From the NCBI GenBank assembly GCA_951406725.2, contig OX597839.1, positions 11,098,001 through 11,162,000 of the forward strand: a stretch of 64,000 nucleotides of DNA, in the 5' to 3' direction. A program made the position numbers and the translations under genes. Shown here in pieces: positions 1 to 12,536 of this stretch. The notes below the pieces were generated by a model. That model searched no databases and had not been told where the DNA came from. It saw only the letters and a list, made by a program, of their open reading frames with translations. How positions within the stretch are numbered: position 1 is the first letter of the stretch; the number at the start of each line of letters is the position of its first letter. The DNA comes from Octopus vulgaris (lineage: Eukaryota).

Positions 1-146
1 AATATCTTACAAACTATAGAATTTTCTCAATAAAGCCAAGAGAAAAAGCTGTTTTATAAACACATTCTACCAGTATACGAAGTTTAAAAGTGTTTAGTTA
101 CATGGAAATTATTTTAAAAAACTTCCGTTCAAACCGAAATGATCCG
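1..146 (+). mobile_element. Family M TIR element (MITE), right end only, cut by window edge
   Basis: Matches 3' part of 22177-22595 and 56184-56597; ends in right TIR AAAACTTCCGTTCAAACCGAAATGATCCG. Confidence 0.85.
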
Positions 147-444
147 AGGTACCCTCCATCCATTCAGTGGATTTCTATAGTTTCTGGTCAACCCCAGTTT
201 CACTCACAAGGTAAAGTGTTGACCCGAGGCTAGAGAAAATGACATTTGCCCAGGATGCTACACAGTAAGTTTGAATCTGAGACCCTGTGATTATGATGCA
301 AATTTATTAACCATACACACACACACACAGATATAGAAAAGAAAGAAAAATGTACTCAAATTGTCTCCTTAAGTTTATTCCTATATTCAACATTGGTGTT
401 TCACTCTGTCATCTCTGTGAGCTTCCTTTTATTCATTCTCTAAA

Positions 445-834
445 GGTGCAGGAGTGGCTGTGTGGTAAGTAGCTTGCTTACCAACCACATGGTTCTGGGG
501 TTCAGTCCCACTGTGTGGCACCTTGGGCAAGTGTCTTCTACTATAGCCTCGGGCCGACCAAAGCCTTGTGAGTGGATTTGGTAGACGGAAACTGAAAGAA
601 GCCCATCGTATATATGTATATATATGCGTGTGTGTGTCTGTGTTTGTCCCCCTAGCATTGCTTGACAACCGATGCTGGTGTGTTTATGTCCCCGTCACTT
701 AGCGGTTCGGCATAAGAGACCGATAGAATAAGTACTGGGCTTACAAAAGAATAAGTGCCGGGTTCGAGTTGCTCGATTAAAGGCGGTGCTCCAGCATGGC
801 TGCAGTCAAATGACTGAAACAAGTTAAAGAGTAA
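445..834 (+). mobile_element. SINE family A, full length (tRNA-like head, CORE-like CCTTGGGCAAGT, internal TA/TG microsatellite, GAGTAA-type tail)
   Basis: About 390 bp, near-identical to 44553-44947 and 36094-36469; A-box-like TGGCTGTGTGG and B-box-like GGTTCAGTCCC. Confidence 0.9.
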
Positions 835-1670
835 CGAGAGTGTATGTGTTATTCCGATACTCAGAGCATAAGAGCTTCACTCTCTCGCTACTCTGAGTTT
901 CCTCATATCCATTCTTAATAGTGTGTGTGTGTATCTAGGTGTACTTCAGTGCACCAGTAAATTCCCATCCATGGAAATGCCAAAAATATCTTCAGCTATA
1001 ACACACACACACACACACACACTTACTGTTTCTTTCTTCCTCTCACTTTTCACCTCTCCTCTGCTTTGGCAATGGTGGGAAAAGGCGGTGGGTGTGCTGG
1101 TGAGATGATTATAATATTCCTCCCTCACCACTCCTCCTATACTCTCTTCACAAATCCACTTATTAGTCAGTAGAGAGACACCAGCTATTCAAAGGTGACA
1201 TTTTCAAAAAAAAAACTTCTTTCAATTCAATTAGTAGACATGTTATAGATTTATAACACAAACTGTTTATTACTCTGCTTCCACTGCCTCCTCCTCCTCC
1301 GCTGCTGCTGCTGCTTTTGTGTTTATTCCCCAAGTCTTTTAAACCACCACCACCACCACTACCACCATCAACAGCAATCATCTAGCTATACAGGAAGTAG
1401 CAAAGACAAAGACACCATGAGTGGCAAACTTGTTGAAATTATCATGTTTTTTGTTTATGCTCAAGCTGTTTCACTTAACAAACTACTTCATTTTCACACA
1501 TTTCATTATAAAATCAGGATGATGAAATCTTTTAACCCTGTTCCAACCATATTCCAAATGGAAATATGTAATGGTTTCAATTCGGTTCAGTTTAAAAATA
1601 ATCAAGTATTTGGGGAGATTTCAGCTGGTTTCTGAAGCATAACCAAAGGGTTCTTATTTAAAAATATACA

Positions 1671-1820
1671 GGCACAGGAGTGGCTATGTGGTAAGTAGCT
1701 TGCTTACCAACCACATGGTTCCATGACCATGGGCAAGTGTCTTCTACTATAGCTTTGTGTGTGGATTTGGTAGAAGGAAACTGAAAGAAGCCCGTTGTGT
1801 GTGTGTCTGTTTGTCTCCCC
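1671..1820 (+). mobile_element. SINE family A, internally deleted 5' part
   Basis: GGCACAGGAGTGGCTATGTGGTAAGTAGC head and GGAAACTGAAAGAAGCCCG. Confidence 0.8.
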
Positions 1821-1853
<33 letters not shown>

Positions 1854-1865
1854 ATTTGTATGTGT

Positions 1866-2068
1866 ATAAAGAAGTAATTTCTACTCTTCTCCTCTGGAAG
1901 CCATCTACTCGCAATACCAGAGGGTGCACACTCTCCTTCCCTGATGTAATCTCCAGGGATACAGGCATCCATCAACAGGACCTTCGTAATGCCATGATGG
2001 ACCGTGAAGCCTGGCGTAGCATGGTAAATTCCATTGTCTCGACCACGGTCGAACAACAATGATGATGA

Positions 2069-2070
<2 letters not shown>
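1866..2070 (+). pseudogene. 5'-truncated RTE-like LINE 3' end (ORF C-terminus plus (ATG)n tail)
   Basis: Translation LLLWKPSTRNTRG...DVISRDTG...AMMDREAWRSMV resembles the W-x-P...RG...DR-x-x-WR terminus of RTE-type ORFs; stop followed directly by short ATG repeat. Confidence 0.7.
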
Positions 2071-2111
<41 letters not shown>

Positions 2112-2932
2112 CTTTTTGTGATGCTGAAATTATACTTTGCGTAGAAAGTTATTCTAGTCCATGTAATTTAATTCCCCCACAAATATTGGTGCTAGGTGAA
2201 CCTGAAAGAATGGTAAAGTCAAGTGTCTTATTCAGAAATGCAATAAAACAAACAGATAATCTATGGTATCAATCTAATTAATATCTTATTCACTCATATC
2301 TTAATTTTGCCTGTACAATGTATTCTAATATACTGAATGGGAAAATCATGCCAACGATGATGGATGACAGTTTAATTTAAGCATTTAATGTTTAACTAAC
2401 TCTGTTGACTGTGGTGGCATTTAAACCATTTTATTTGCAAACAACGAGGATCACTGGTTTTTTGGCCTAAGCTGTAATATTGAATATACAACGGAAGTGG
2501 AGTAAAAAAGATTTAATGTAAACCTTCCCCCCCCCACCCGTGGCACTCTCTCATCCTGTGACAGATTACAACATAAAGCGAGGAATTATTTCTGTAAAGT
2601 GGTTAAGCTTGTTAAATCCTAATTATTATTTGTATTGATTTGTACTTGAAATTAAAATCACTTACTTTGAGGTTGTGTCATCATGTATTATCTTCAATAT
2701 TCTGTTGTAGTTTCATTGTGCAGAGTTAGTGAGGCGCCCTCCGTGTGTTTATTTTCTTTATATCGCTAGAATATGTCTCGTGGGTGTGTATATGTGTGCA
2801 GTTCGCTCCTTGGATGAGCTTCTTCTTTCGTAGTTTCCGGTTGTCCTAGGCTTTGTGAATGGAAATTTGTAGACAAATAGACTGCAATTGCACAAAACCT
2901 TATTTATACACACACACACACACATGTATGTA

Positions 2933-2970
<38 letters not shown>

Positions 2971-2975
<5 letters not shown>

Positions 2976-3337
2976 GTAAATAATAGCTTTAATGGTTTTT
3001 AAAAAACCAACAATTATTTATGGGTAGATTTTGGCATGTAAATATAACTATTAACGGTAGGAACTTTTATATATACAAATATATATATATATATATATAA
3101 CAATTTGATAAATAAAACATATGGATACATACATATATGTACATACCTACATCTATATGTATATATACATGCATATATGAGTACAGGACACCACAAGTAA
3201 ACGTAGAATACAACGAGAAACGAAAACATAAAATCAAACAAGGAAACGGACTTTTTTTTTAACAACGAAAAAACAGAGTACAAGACAAACAATACAAGGA
3301 ACATTCCCCTTCTTCAGCTGCCCCTGTTTCGACGGTT
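2971..3337 (-). mobile_element. Unclassified element inserted in (TA)n with partial hammerhead-like words at its 5' end
   Basis: Bounded by (TA)n on both sides; minus strand begins CCGTC-GAAAC-AGGGGCAG-CTGAAGA-AGGGGAATGTTCCTT. Confidence 0.45.
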
Positions 3338-3372
3338 ATATATATATATATACACATATTTATTTATTGATA

Positions 3373-3595
3373 AGCACAGGCATGGCTGTGTGTTAAGAAG
3401 TTTGCTTCTGAACCACATGGTTCCGGGTTCAGTCCCACTGTATGGCACCTTGATCAAGTATCTTAGGCCAACCAAAGCTTAGTGAGTGGATTTGCTAGAT
3501 ATATATCTGTGTGTTTTGTGTCTGTGTTGGTGTACTTACCTCCCTATAACTTAGTGGTTCAGTAAAAGTGATTGATAGAATAATACTACCAAGAC
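3373..3595 (+). mobile_element. SINE family A, diverged
   Basis: Head and body similarity to 445-834. Confidence 0.75.
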
Positions 3596-4528
3596 TGCAT
3601 TTTGCATCAAAAGCAATATGAGACTTTCTCTCGTGGTAACTATTGTAGTGGAGATAAATAGTAACTCTTGGTATTAATACTGCCTCTGTTGCTAATAAAT
3701 AGTGTACACCAGTTAGAAGTCTTTGGCATTTATTGTCCACCTTCCTCTGATAATAACATCTTAAGTGATCACCTGTTTCATTAGTCTAAGACAGGAAGAT
3801 AAGCTGTTATCTCTACAGTGACAGTATTGTTACTTAGCAACCAGTTAAATAAATAAAATAGCACATCCTCCAGGGTCAATATGTGATTTGTTTTAATTCT
3901 TGCAAACAGTGATTGATGACATGTGTGTGTGTACTCGTATGCACACACACACGCACATGGACATGGGTGAAAGAAGAAAAAATACCCTTAATAACACTGC
4001 GTATTAACATCCAAGGTGTTGCAATGTCAGAATCTGGCAAAAGCTTCCATCTTCTCACGTGTTTTTTTTTTGTTGTTTTTTTTTTCTGTACTCGTCTCAG
4101 TCTTTAAACTGTGCCCATGCTGGGGCATTGCCTTGAAGGGTTTTAGTCAAAGAAATCAACCTCAGGACTTACCTTTTTAAGCTTAGTACTTATTCTATTG
4201 GTGTCTTTTTTCTGAGCCGCTAAGTTATGGGAGATGTCAATACACCAATTCTGGTTGTCAAGCAGCGGCAGGGGACAAATGCAGATGCAAAAACAAACAA
4301 ACACACACACACACATACATGTATATATATATATACTTTTTTTAATCCGAGGGGAGGCAATGCGAGCAGCATCTAAAGGAACATTACAAAAACCACAGAA
4401 AGATCAAACACATACATATATTCATATATTCATTTATATCTACAGAACAGATATAAAGCCTGACGTTTAAAAATTGAAAAACTTAGTAATATATAAATAT
4501 ATCATATAAAAATATATCATATATAAAT

Positions 4529-4620
4529 ATACAAGAGAATCAAAGTTGCATATATAACACCTTGAATTTACGCTATACAAGAGAATCAAAGTTGCATATA
4601 TAACACCTTGAATTTACGCT
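4529..4620. repeat. Perfect 46-bp tandem duplication
   Basis: ATACAAGAGAATCAAAGTTGCATATATAACACCTTGAATTTACGCT twice (4529-4574, 4575-4620). Confidence 0.95.
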
Positions 4621-4737
4621 TAAACTCGTAAAACATTTAGTATAAATTTGTTACAATAAAAAAAAAATTGGGGGCAATAAAACATACAATGACATAATAA
4701 AAGACGAATTAAAATTCCAGAGAAATGTACATAGAAG

Positions 4738-4773
<36 letters not shown>

Positions 4774-4775
<2 letters not shown>

Positions 4776-5064
4776 AGGCGCAATGGCCTAGTAGTTAGGG
4801 CAGCAGACTCGCGGTCGCAGGATCGGGGTTTCGATTCCCAGACTGGGCATTGTGTGTGTTTATTGAGCGAAAGCACCTAAAAGCTCCACGAGGCCCTGGC
4901 AGGGGGCGGTGATCCCTGCTGTACTCTTTCACCACTCTTTCTCCCATTGGCCTGCTCGCTTAGCCAGCGGGATGGCATCATTCGAAGGCTAAAAAAAAAA
5001 CAATGCGAACGCATTGTGACCAGCGATGTGTAACAACATCTAATGGTCTGGTCGGTCACGTGAT

Positions 5065-5071
<7 letters not shown>
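4774..5071 (+). mobile_element. SINE family D, tRNA-derived, inserted in (TA)n
   Basis: A box TGGCCTAGTAG, B box GTTTCGATTCC, GC/CpG-rich, flanked by (TA)n on both sides, ends TCACGTGATCACGTGA. Confidence 0.8.
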
Positions 5072-5116
<45 letters not shown>

Positions 5117-6224
5117 TGTGTATATACATACACACACATATGCAATGGGTTTCTTTCAGTTTTCATTTACGAAATCCACTTATAAGGCTGTGGGTCAATC
5201 CAAGACACTTGCCCGAGGTGCCAAACAGTTGGACTGAACCTGGAATCGTGTCATTGGGAAGTAAACTTCTTACCACACAACCTCACCTGCACCTATTGAT
5301 TGGAAAACTTCTTTTTTTTTTACTGGTTATTTATCAAGCTTATTGTTTTAATAGTGCTGTTTCCTTTTATACTTCTCATACAATGCTGTCTTCTACTACT
5401 ACTACTACTACTACTACTGATTCTTATCACCAGCAGCAAAACAATGTTGAAGAATCCTGTTTACTCTGACTTCATTGACATACATTAGGCTTATCTTTCC
5501 TCCCTATCTCCTTCGCTTTTTAGGCACTTAGACTTCATTTTGAGCATGAGAGAGAGAGAGACAGAGACAGAGAGAGAGAAGGTGTGTGAGAGTTAAGAAA
5601 AAAAAATGATTCTTGTTGGTTCTCTGAACATATTTGCTTAAAGGCCAGCTATATTATGATGGGTGTGTCGGAGACTGTGAATGTGAGAGATGTGTAAAAT
5701 CTGGGGAGAAAATTGTTAGCTATATGTACTATATGGATCTAAAGATAGTTTGTTTATGTATTTGTTTATTTAGCTATGAGTATCACACACACACGTGTGT
5801 GTATGTGTGTGATATGTATAGTCTGAGGTGGGGGAAACAAATACAGGTAGATAAACTAAGTACCGAGGTTGATGTAATTGACTATGGATGTTGTCGACGA
5901 GTATGGCCAGAGTCCAGTGACTGAAACCATAAAAGAAGTATGTGTTTGTGTATGTGTGCATATATGCATGCACATACACACTGCTTTATGTGTTGTTTTA
6001 TTTTCCCATTTGTGAACTCAAACATGTATGTGTATGTATGCATATATATGTGTGTTTGTGTGTGTGTGTATGCGCACAAACACACATACTGTATGGATAA
6101 AACCCAACACGTGAAAGCACTCATTTCATAGAAGAGTTTGAAGTGGTCTTTGTACGGTGATCATTAAAACATCTGCCAATAATACAAAAATAATTATCAG
6201 TCTACATCTATATTTCTATCTGTA

Positions 6225-6262
<38 letters not shown>

Positions 6263-7010
6263 GTGTGTGTGTGCTGCATTTAAGTGAGGTATTGATTACA
6301 TTAGATAGCCATGCCACTTGAATCTCATGTACGTGTGTGAAAGTGGATGACAACACATGGTTTGGTTAAATCTAAAAAGACATGATATTGGTCTGGCCAA
6401 AGCAAAGACCAATCTATACTAGCTCTGGTCAAGCAGGCATTCACCAGATATTAATTTATCTCCAGCATTTTTGCAGTTCTGTCTTCTTTTCATTCTCTAT
6501 GAATTCAAGAGTGGCCTACATTTTAGCCTAGCAATCTGCATTTATTGTTAGAACGAAGCTATTTTATCATCCCTCTTGAATGTCTTCTGTTTAAAAGTTA
6601 ATCCTTTTATAAATCACGAGGATCTCCTGAGATAGTGCTTCATTTTGGTTTCTGCAAGTGTGTGCATGGGCATTTTATTTTAAAGTTTGCTTATTGTTCC
6701 TCATGAATGTGCTTGCAGTAAGAATAACAAAGATCCGTAGAAACAGCATTTATTTCTGGCTTCTGGATTTAATTCTTAAATAATTACAAGATGCTAGTTT
6801 ATCATTACTCCTGAATATTTCAGAAATAAGTATTTAGTTGATGGGTGGGGAGAGATAGAATTGGGGAATTTCTTCAAGATATTCTGGGGTTTGTAAAAAC
6901 TTCTAACTCCATCATTAAGTGGGTGGCTGATTTAAATTCACTCTGGGTAGAATATTGCCCTCATACAACAGTTTTCCACTGCAAAATGATTGCTGGTATA
7001 TTCCTGCTAA

Positions 7011-7444
7011 CCTTCAGCATTCAGATTACTCTATCAAATATAATGTTTATTTATTTACATTGTTTTTAATCAATCATCCTTTATCTCGTTGCTTCAAAAT
7101 TTTGATGATGTGATTGTTTATTTTTAGAATGATTTTGCAGGATAGGTGTAAAAGGCTGCATCTAGTCAGTCTGAACTTAAAATATTTGAGCTGGATACAG
7201 TTGGTTTAATCCTTTCGTTACCAACCCGACTGAAACCGACTCTGGCTCTGAGTACAAATGTCTTGTTTTCATAAGTTTTGAATTAAAATCTTCCACTAAA
7301 CCTTAGTCACAATTTATGTCCCTAACACTAGCTTAATGATAACTAAGTAATTTTACTAAATTCTTTGTCATATTTAAAGTAATTGAAAGAAACATAGAGC
7401 ATCTCAAAATAAATACAGTAACGAAAGAGTTAAAAGCTAAATGG
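7011..7444 (+). mobile_element. piggyBac-type MITE family P2 containing nested P1
   Basis: Starts CCTTCAGCATTCAGATTACTC, ends GCTAAATGG then TTAA; homologous to 33582-33800 and (reversed) 60776-60995. Confidence 0.75.
7210..7429 (+). mobile_element. piggyBac-type MITE family P1
   Basis: TTAA at 7206-7209 and 7430-7433; TIR (C)CCTTTCGTTAC / GTAACGAAAG(A)G; same as 27735-27952 and 50712-50931. Confidence 0.88.
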
Positions 7445-8085
7445 TTAAGGTGGGTGACTTGGTAAAATATTGAATAAAGTGTCCTGCCCAATGATGGAAT
7501 AATCCACAGGCTGCATTTCATATTCTATGGGCTTGTACTTTAATATCACATCCATGTGGACCATTTTTTGTCATCCTTGGTAATCATTGTCTTTGAAGGT
7601 ATTTGGATTTATTTATCTGTTTTAAGTGTCAGGAAATAAGGGCACTGCCTCATGATCATTGTAGGTTTTTCCCTGCCTCACACTGATGACATTGAAATGG
7701 TCGAAGTTTTGTTTGAATATCTGTAAGATAACATTTGGCGGAGGTGAGACTGGGGCATACAAACAGAAAAGAAAGAAATTCTTGAAAGTTAATGTTCTGG
7801 AGAGAAATGATTGGCAGTGCTTAGTGTAGGGTATAGGTAGGTAACAAAGAATGAGTATGCCATGTGTCTGCTGGTAGACATAATGTGCAACTAACTTGTA
7901 CTGAGGAGCAGAGCTGTGACAGTTGTAGCAGAAATAGAATAAGATGGTACAATGAGCTGTATTACATTCAAAGCTTGTGTTGGAGCTGAAAACAAAAACT
8001 AGAGGATATTTAGTTAAAGCCTGGGCCACTTAGAGATCCTAATAATTGTGCTCTTTAATCAATGATACACTCTGTGTGTGTGTTA

Positions 8086-8390
8086 AGGTGTGTGGTTTTG
8101 TAGTTGGCTCACAATTATAAGATTGTCAGTTCGATTCCCAGTGGTGCATCATCTCCTTGAGCAAGACACTGTATTTCACATTGCTCCAGTCCACTCAGCT
8201 AGCAAAAATAAATTGTATCTGTATTTCAAAGGGGCGAGTCTTGTCAGATTCTGTGTCAGGCTGAATCTCCTTGAGAACTGCGTTAAGGGTGCAAATGTCT
8301 GTGGAGCGCTCAGCCACTTGCACGTTACTTTCACAAGCAGGCTGTTCCGTTGATCGGATCGACTGGAACACATGTCGTAACCAATGGAGT
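8086..8390 (+). mobile_element. SINE family E (tRNA-like head, CCTTGAGCAAGACAC CORE-like segment)
   Basis: Homologous to 11610-11915; B-box-like AGTTCGATTCC. Confidence 0.7.
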
Positions 8391-10834
8391 GACCGTGTGT
8401 GTGTGTATATATATGAAAGGCTTAAATTTCTTTTCACTATTTGAAGACATTCCTGAAAGGAACTTGTTGTTTTAACATAAATATTTGTCTTGGAATTACA
8501 CTTTCTCTTAGACACATTAACTTTTTAGAAGGCACAAATGCTTTCAGTTTGTATATGCATTTTTAATGAGTAGGTTTATGCATGCGTGTATGTAGGTATG
8601 TGTGTGTGTGTGTGTGTGTGTACTTTACTGGTTTATACATGGTTCTATGCGATTTTAATGTCTACTCCTGTTCATTGACTTAACACAGCCGCTCTCCCTC
8701 TCCCAACCAACAATAAATGCCACTTTGTCTAAGCCATTATTAAAATTGCTACATATTCTCTGATGATTTTAATATTGAATATTTTCAACATGTTTAGAAA
8801 TCTTTGTTTAAAGAAACTTGTCATTGTTCCATGTTTGTTTTGTTTTTTGTTTTTGTTTTTTCAGGGGGTTTTGTTTTTCAAATATTTCAATCATGACAAG
8901 ATTTAAAAGCAAACAAACAATACAAAAACGAACAAGTAAATATCAAAAAAAAAATAATAATAATAAAAGAAGATATTTCAGTTTATTATTGCTACATGTA
9001 AAAATGTTTCTCTCTTCTTACTCCTGCCATCACTCATAGATGACAAGCAGCGCAGTCTTACGCTGCTGCTTTGCTGTACAGTTTTCACATCAAAGATTCG
9101 CTCAGTCCCCTCTCCTTTTTGATTTACTTCCGAGACAGGCTGACAGATGGCAGTAGAATGCAGTCAAATGACATTTAACTTGCAGGCTCTTGACTCTTCC
9201 TCTGTCTTAGAGAAACGAGAGAGAGAGAGGTGGCGGGGGGAGGGAGAAGAGGAGGAGGAAAGAGCTAGAATTATTATTATGGCTGCCATCATTCACTTGT
9301 CTCCTCCTCTCACTGCCTCCCTAAGCAGAAAAGGTGCTAATGAGCTGTCTCTTGTTAATACACTGATAATGTCGTTGGCACACAGTTGATAACTTCGTGT
9401 CTAATTGATCCATTCATATTCGGAACTTACTGATAACATACTGGACCAATAGGTTATGCGCTTGCTATGACCTAATCAAATCAGATTTTCTAAAAGCCTA
9501 CTCTGACAAATAGGTTGAAGCATTCATTTAGAGATATCTACCGTTACAATACCTCTATGGCCACTGTTTTAGCTGACTGAAATTGCTTTCGACATTCTAT
9601 CAAATCAGCCCGTCTCCTTACCTAGCACTGCAGAAACATTTTCTGTCTGTCTGTCTGTCTCTCGATTTTTCTTTTCCTCTCTCTCCACCATTTCCTTTCC
9701 TGTTGTTTCTTCTCCACTCCTTTTGTAAGAAAATCCTATTTTTGTTGAAGCCTAGTGCTAACACTTCTAGACCGCACTCTGATAGAAATATACACATATC
9801 AAGCCATTCATTTGTCAAGGTTAAATTGTGTCTGGAATTAGAATCGGTTGAAAAGAACTTTGGTTGAAATTATTGAAAGTAAAGCAGTAGAGAATATTCA
9901 TTATTTTTTTCTCTCTCTAATTTATTAATTTCAGTTTTTTTTTTCTTTCACATTTTTTTTTGTAGCGCAGTATTGATTTTTATTTTTGTCTTTTTATTTA
10001 TTTATCTTTTTTTATATTTCGTGGTGTTTGTAAATTTTGATTAATTTCATAACATCCATATGTTTCGATATTTTTTATTTTCTTTATATTTTCTCTCATA
10101 TGCAAACAAATAAACAATGTAATTATTTTGTGTTGAATTCGAGTGGAAGGGAAGGGTGAAAAAAAATATGAAAAAGAAAAAAAATACAGGAAAAAAAAGA
10201 AAAAAAAGTACAAACAAAAATAAAACTATTAATTTAATTCTGTTGGCATTTCTTTGCAGTTAATTCAATCAATGTTGTTTTGGTTTGTTATACTCTTGAT
10301 AATTAAAGAATTTTTAACTGAATCTATCTTGGAGAATCTCAAGTTTTTTTTTATTAATATTATTATTATTATTATTATTATTTTGACTATTTCCTGAACC
10401 AGCCCATTAAATGCTGGAAACACTGTGTTCCTCTTTAGATCACATGATCACATCAGTGTCAAGGTTGCTTGCCATGAGAGTGGTTGACCTTTTTGGCGAA
10501 CCCATCTGCTGAACAGTGGGTTCTGTGGAAAAAAAAAACCTAACTAAAACATCATCTGTTTATTTGTTTATATTTTTACATGTTTGTACATCCCATTTTA
10601 CATGCAGTTCACAAATTTCTTGTATATCAGTCTCTCAGTTGTCATCCTCCCATGTGGTCTTGCTTGATGTATCACTTCCTCAACAACTCAGCAGTTTCCA
10701 AGCCAACAGAGTGCGGTGGTGCTAGAAATAGCAACCAAATTGCTCTTAAATCTCTCTTTACTATCTCTTTTTAAAAAAAAAAAAAAAGACAATGAAATTG
10801 TAGATTTACTGTTCTTTACATCAAGATGGTATTA

Positions 10835-11435
10835 GGCGAGCTGGCAGAAACGTTAGCATGCCTGGCGAAATGCTTAGTGGTATTTCGTCTGCCGTTACGT
10901 TCTGAGTTCAAATTCCGCTGATGTCGACTTTGCCTTTCATCCTTTCGGGGTCGATAAATTAAGTACCAGTTACGCACTGGGGTCGATGTAATTGACTTAA
11001 TACCTATGTCTGTCCTTGTTTGCCCCTTCTGTGTTTAGCCCCTTGTGGGTAGTAAAGAAATAGGTATTTCGTCTGCCGTTATGTTCTGAGTTCAAATTCC
11101 GCCGAGGTCGACTTTGCCTTTCATCCTTTCGGGGTCAATAAATTAAGTACCAGTTACACACTGGGGTCGATATAATCGACTTAATTCCGTATGTCTGTCC
11201 TTGTTTGCCCCTTCTGTGTTTAGCCCCTTGTGGGTAGTAAAGAAATAGGTATTTCGTCTGCTGTTACGTTACGTTCTGAGTTCAAATTCCGCCGAGGTCG
11301 ATTTGCCTTTCATCCTTTCGGGGTCGATAAATTAAGTACCAGTCATGCACTGGGGTCGATGTAATTGACTTAATACCTATGTCTGTCCTTGTTTGTCCCC
11401 TCTATGTTTAGCCCCTTGTGGGTAATAAAGAAATA
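10835..11435 (+). mobile_element. SINE family B with body triplicated head-to-tail
   Basis: One head then three units of about 185 bp starting GGTATTTCGTCTGC at 10879, 11063, 11248; GGTATTA at 10828-10834 and 11436-11442. Confidence 0.92.
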
Positions 11436-11609
11436 GGTATTATAGGTGGGTGGGTTTGTCTTGGTTGAAATGCTTTTGATGGTAGTGGCCAAGCAACAGC
11501 AATTCAGCTAATTCAAGTTGGCGGTTTGAAATCAGAGTAATTTGCTGTGTTGGAGTCTCAGACATTAAACATTGTAATGTTTGAACACCTAATCTTCTGA
11601 TCGTTACTG

Positions 11610-11915
11610 AAAGCACGTGGCTTGCTGGTTAGGGTATTTGGCTAATGATTGTAAGGTTATGAGTTCCATTCCTGGCAGTGTATCGTGTCCTTGAGCTAGA
11701 CACTTGATTTTATGTTGCTCCAGTTCACACAGCTGGTGAAAATGAGTCGAACCTGTATTTGAAGGGGCAAACCTTCTCACGCTGCGTCACACTGAACCTT
11801 CCTGAGAACTATGTTAAGGGTACATGTGTCTGTGGAGCTTGCACATTATTTCCACAAGCTCACTGTTCTGTTGATTGGACCAACTGGAACCCTTGTTGTC
11901 ATAACCAATGGAGTA
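11610..11915 (+). mobile_element. SINE family E
   Basis: Homologous to 8086-8390. Confidence 0.7.
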
Positions 11916-11932
11916 ACAGCTGCGATCATTAT

Positions 11933-12178
11933 TCATCATCATCATCATTTAACGTCCGCTTTCCATGCTAGCATGGGTTAGACTGTTCAACCGGGGATCT
12001 GGGAAGCCAGAAGGCTGCACCAGGCCCCAGTCTGATCTGGCAGTGTTTCTACAGCTGGATGCCCTTCCTAATGCCAACCACTTTGTGAGTGTAGTGGGTG
12101 CTTTTTACGTGGCACAGGTGCCAGGCGAGGCTGGCAACGGCCATGATCAGATTGGTGCTTTTTATGTGCCACCGGCAT
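11933..12178 (-). mobile_element. Family C retroposon ((ATG)n tail, probably RTE-related)
   Basis: Reverse complement of 14531-14766; GGAAGGGCATCCAGCTGTAGAAAC motif and CCCATGCTAGCATGGAAAGCGGACGTTAAA-(TGA)n tail. Confidence 0.85.
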
Positions 12179-12336
12179 GAAAACCACTTCAGTGTGCATC
12201 TGATGACTGCAAGGGACCCCTCAGTAAATTTAGACATAGACAGGTGCAGATATAGCTGTTTAGAAGTTTGCAACCTCATACTCTCAGATTCAGTCCCACT
12301 TGGTGAAATCTTGGGTGTCCCCTGTTTTAGCTTTAA

Positions 12337-12536
12337 CCCTTTAGCTTTTAAACTGGTCATATCAGGCCCAAGTTTTCTATCTCTTGTATGTTCAAACCAA
12401 CCAGATCCAGCCTCTCACAATAGCATTCTAATAATAAAGTCACTACATCAAAATCTTGAAGCTATAAGATAATTAATTCAAAACATTGTGAAGAAATATG
12501 CATTAAATTTGACAGAGTAACCTGAATGCTAAAGCG
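12337..12536 (-). mobile_element. MITE family P2
   Basis: TTAA-CCCTTTAGC ... GCTAAAGCG-TTAA. Confidence 0.8.

Larger units (their letters stand above)
4089..5293 (-). mobile_element. SINE family A split at its internal microsatellite by nested insertions
   Basis: 3' half at about 4089-4310 and 5' half at about 5144-5293, same orientation, about 830 bp apart. Confidence 0.75.

Noticed and set aside
429-668. Recurrent similar ORFs (also 23238-23447, 44542-44775)
   Set aside because: Chance frames within SINE A copies
6360-6790. Possible decayed Tc1/mariner transposase fragment
   Set aside because: Only vague motif resemblance across broken frames
7683-7710. CTGATGA...GTCGAAG possible hammerhead
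   Set aside because: No GAAA and no stem I/III pairing
10835-11435. Regularly spaced repeats suggestive of CRISPR
   Set aside because: Whole 185-bp units repeat with no unique spacers; eukaryotic SINE multimer
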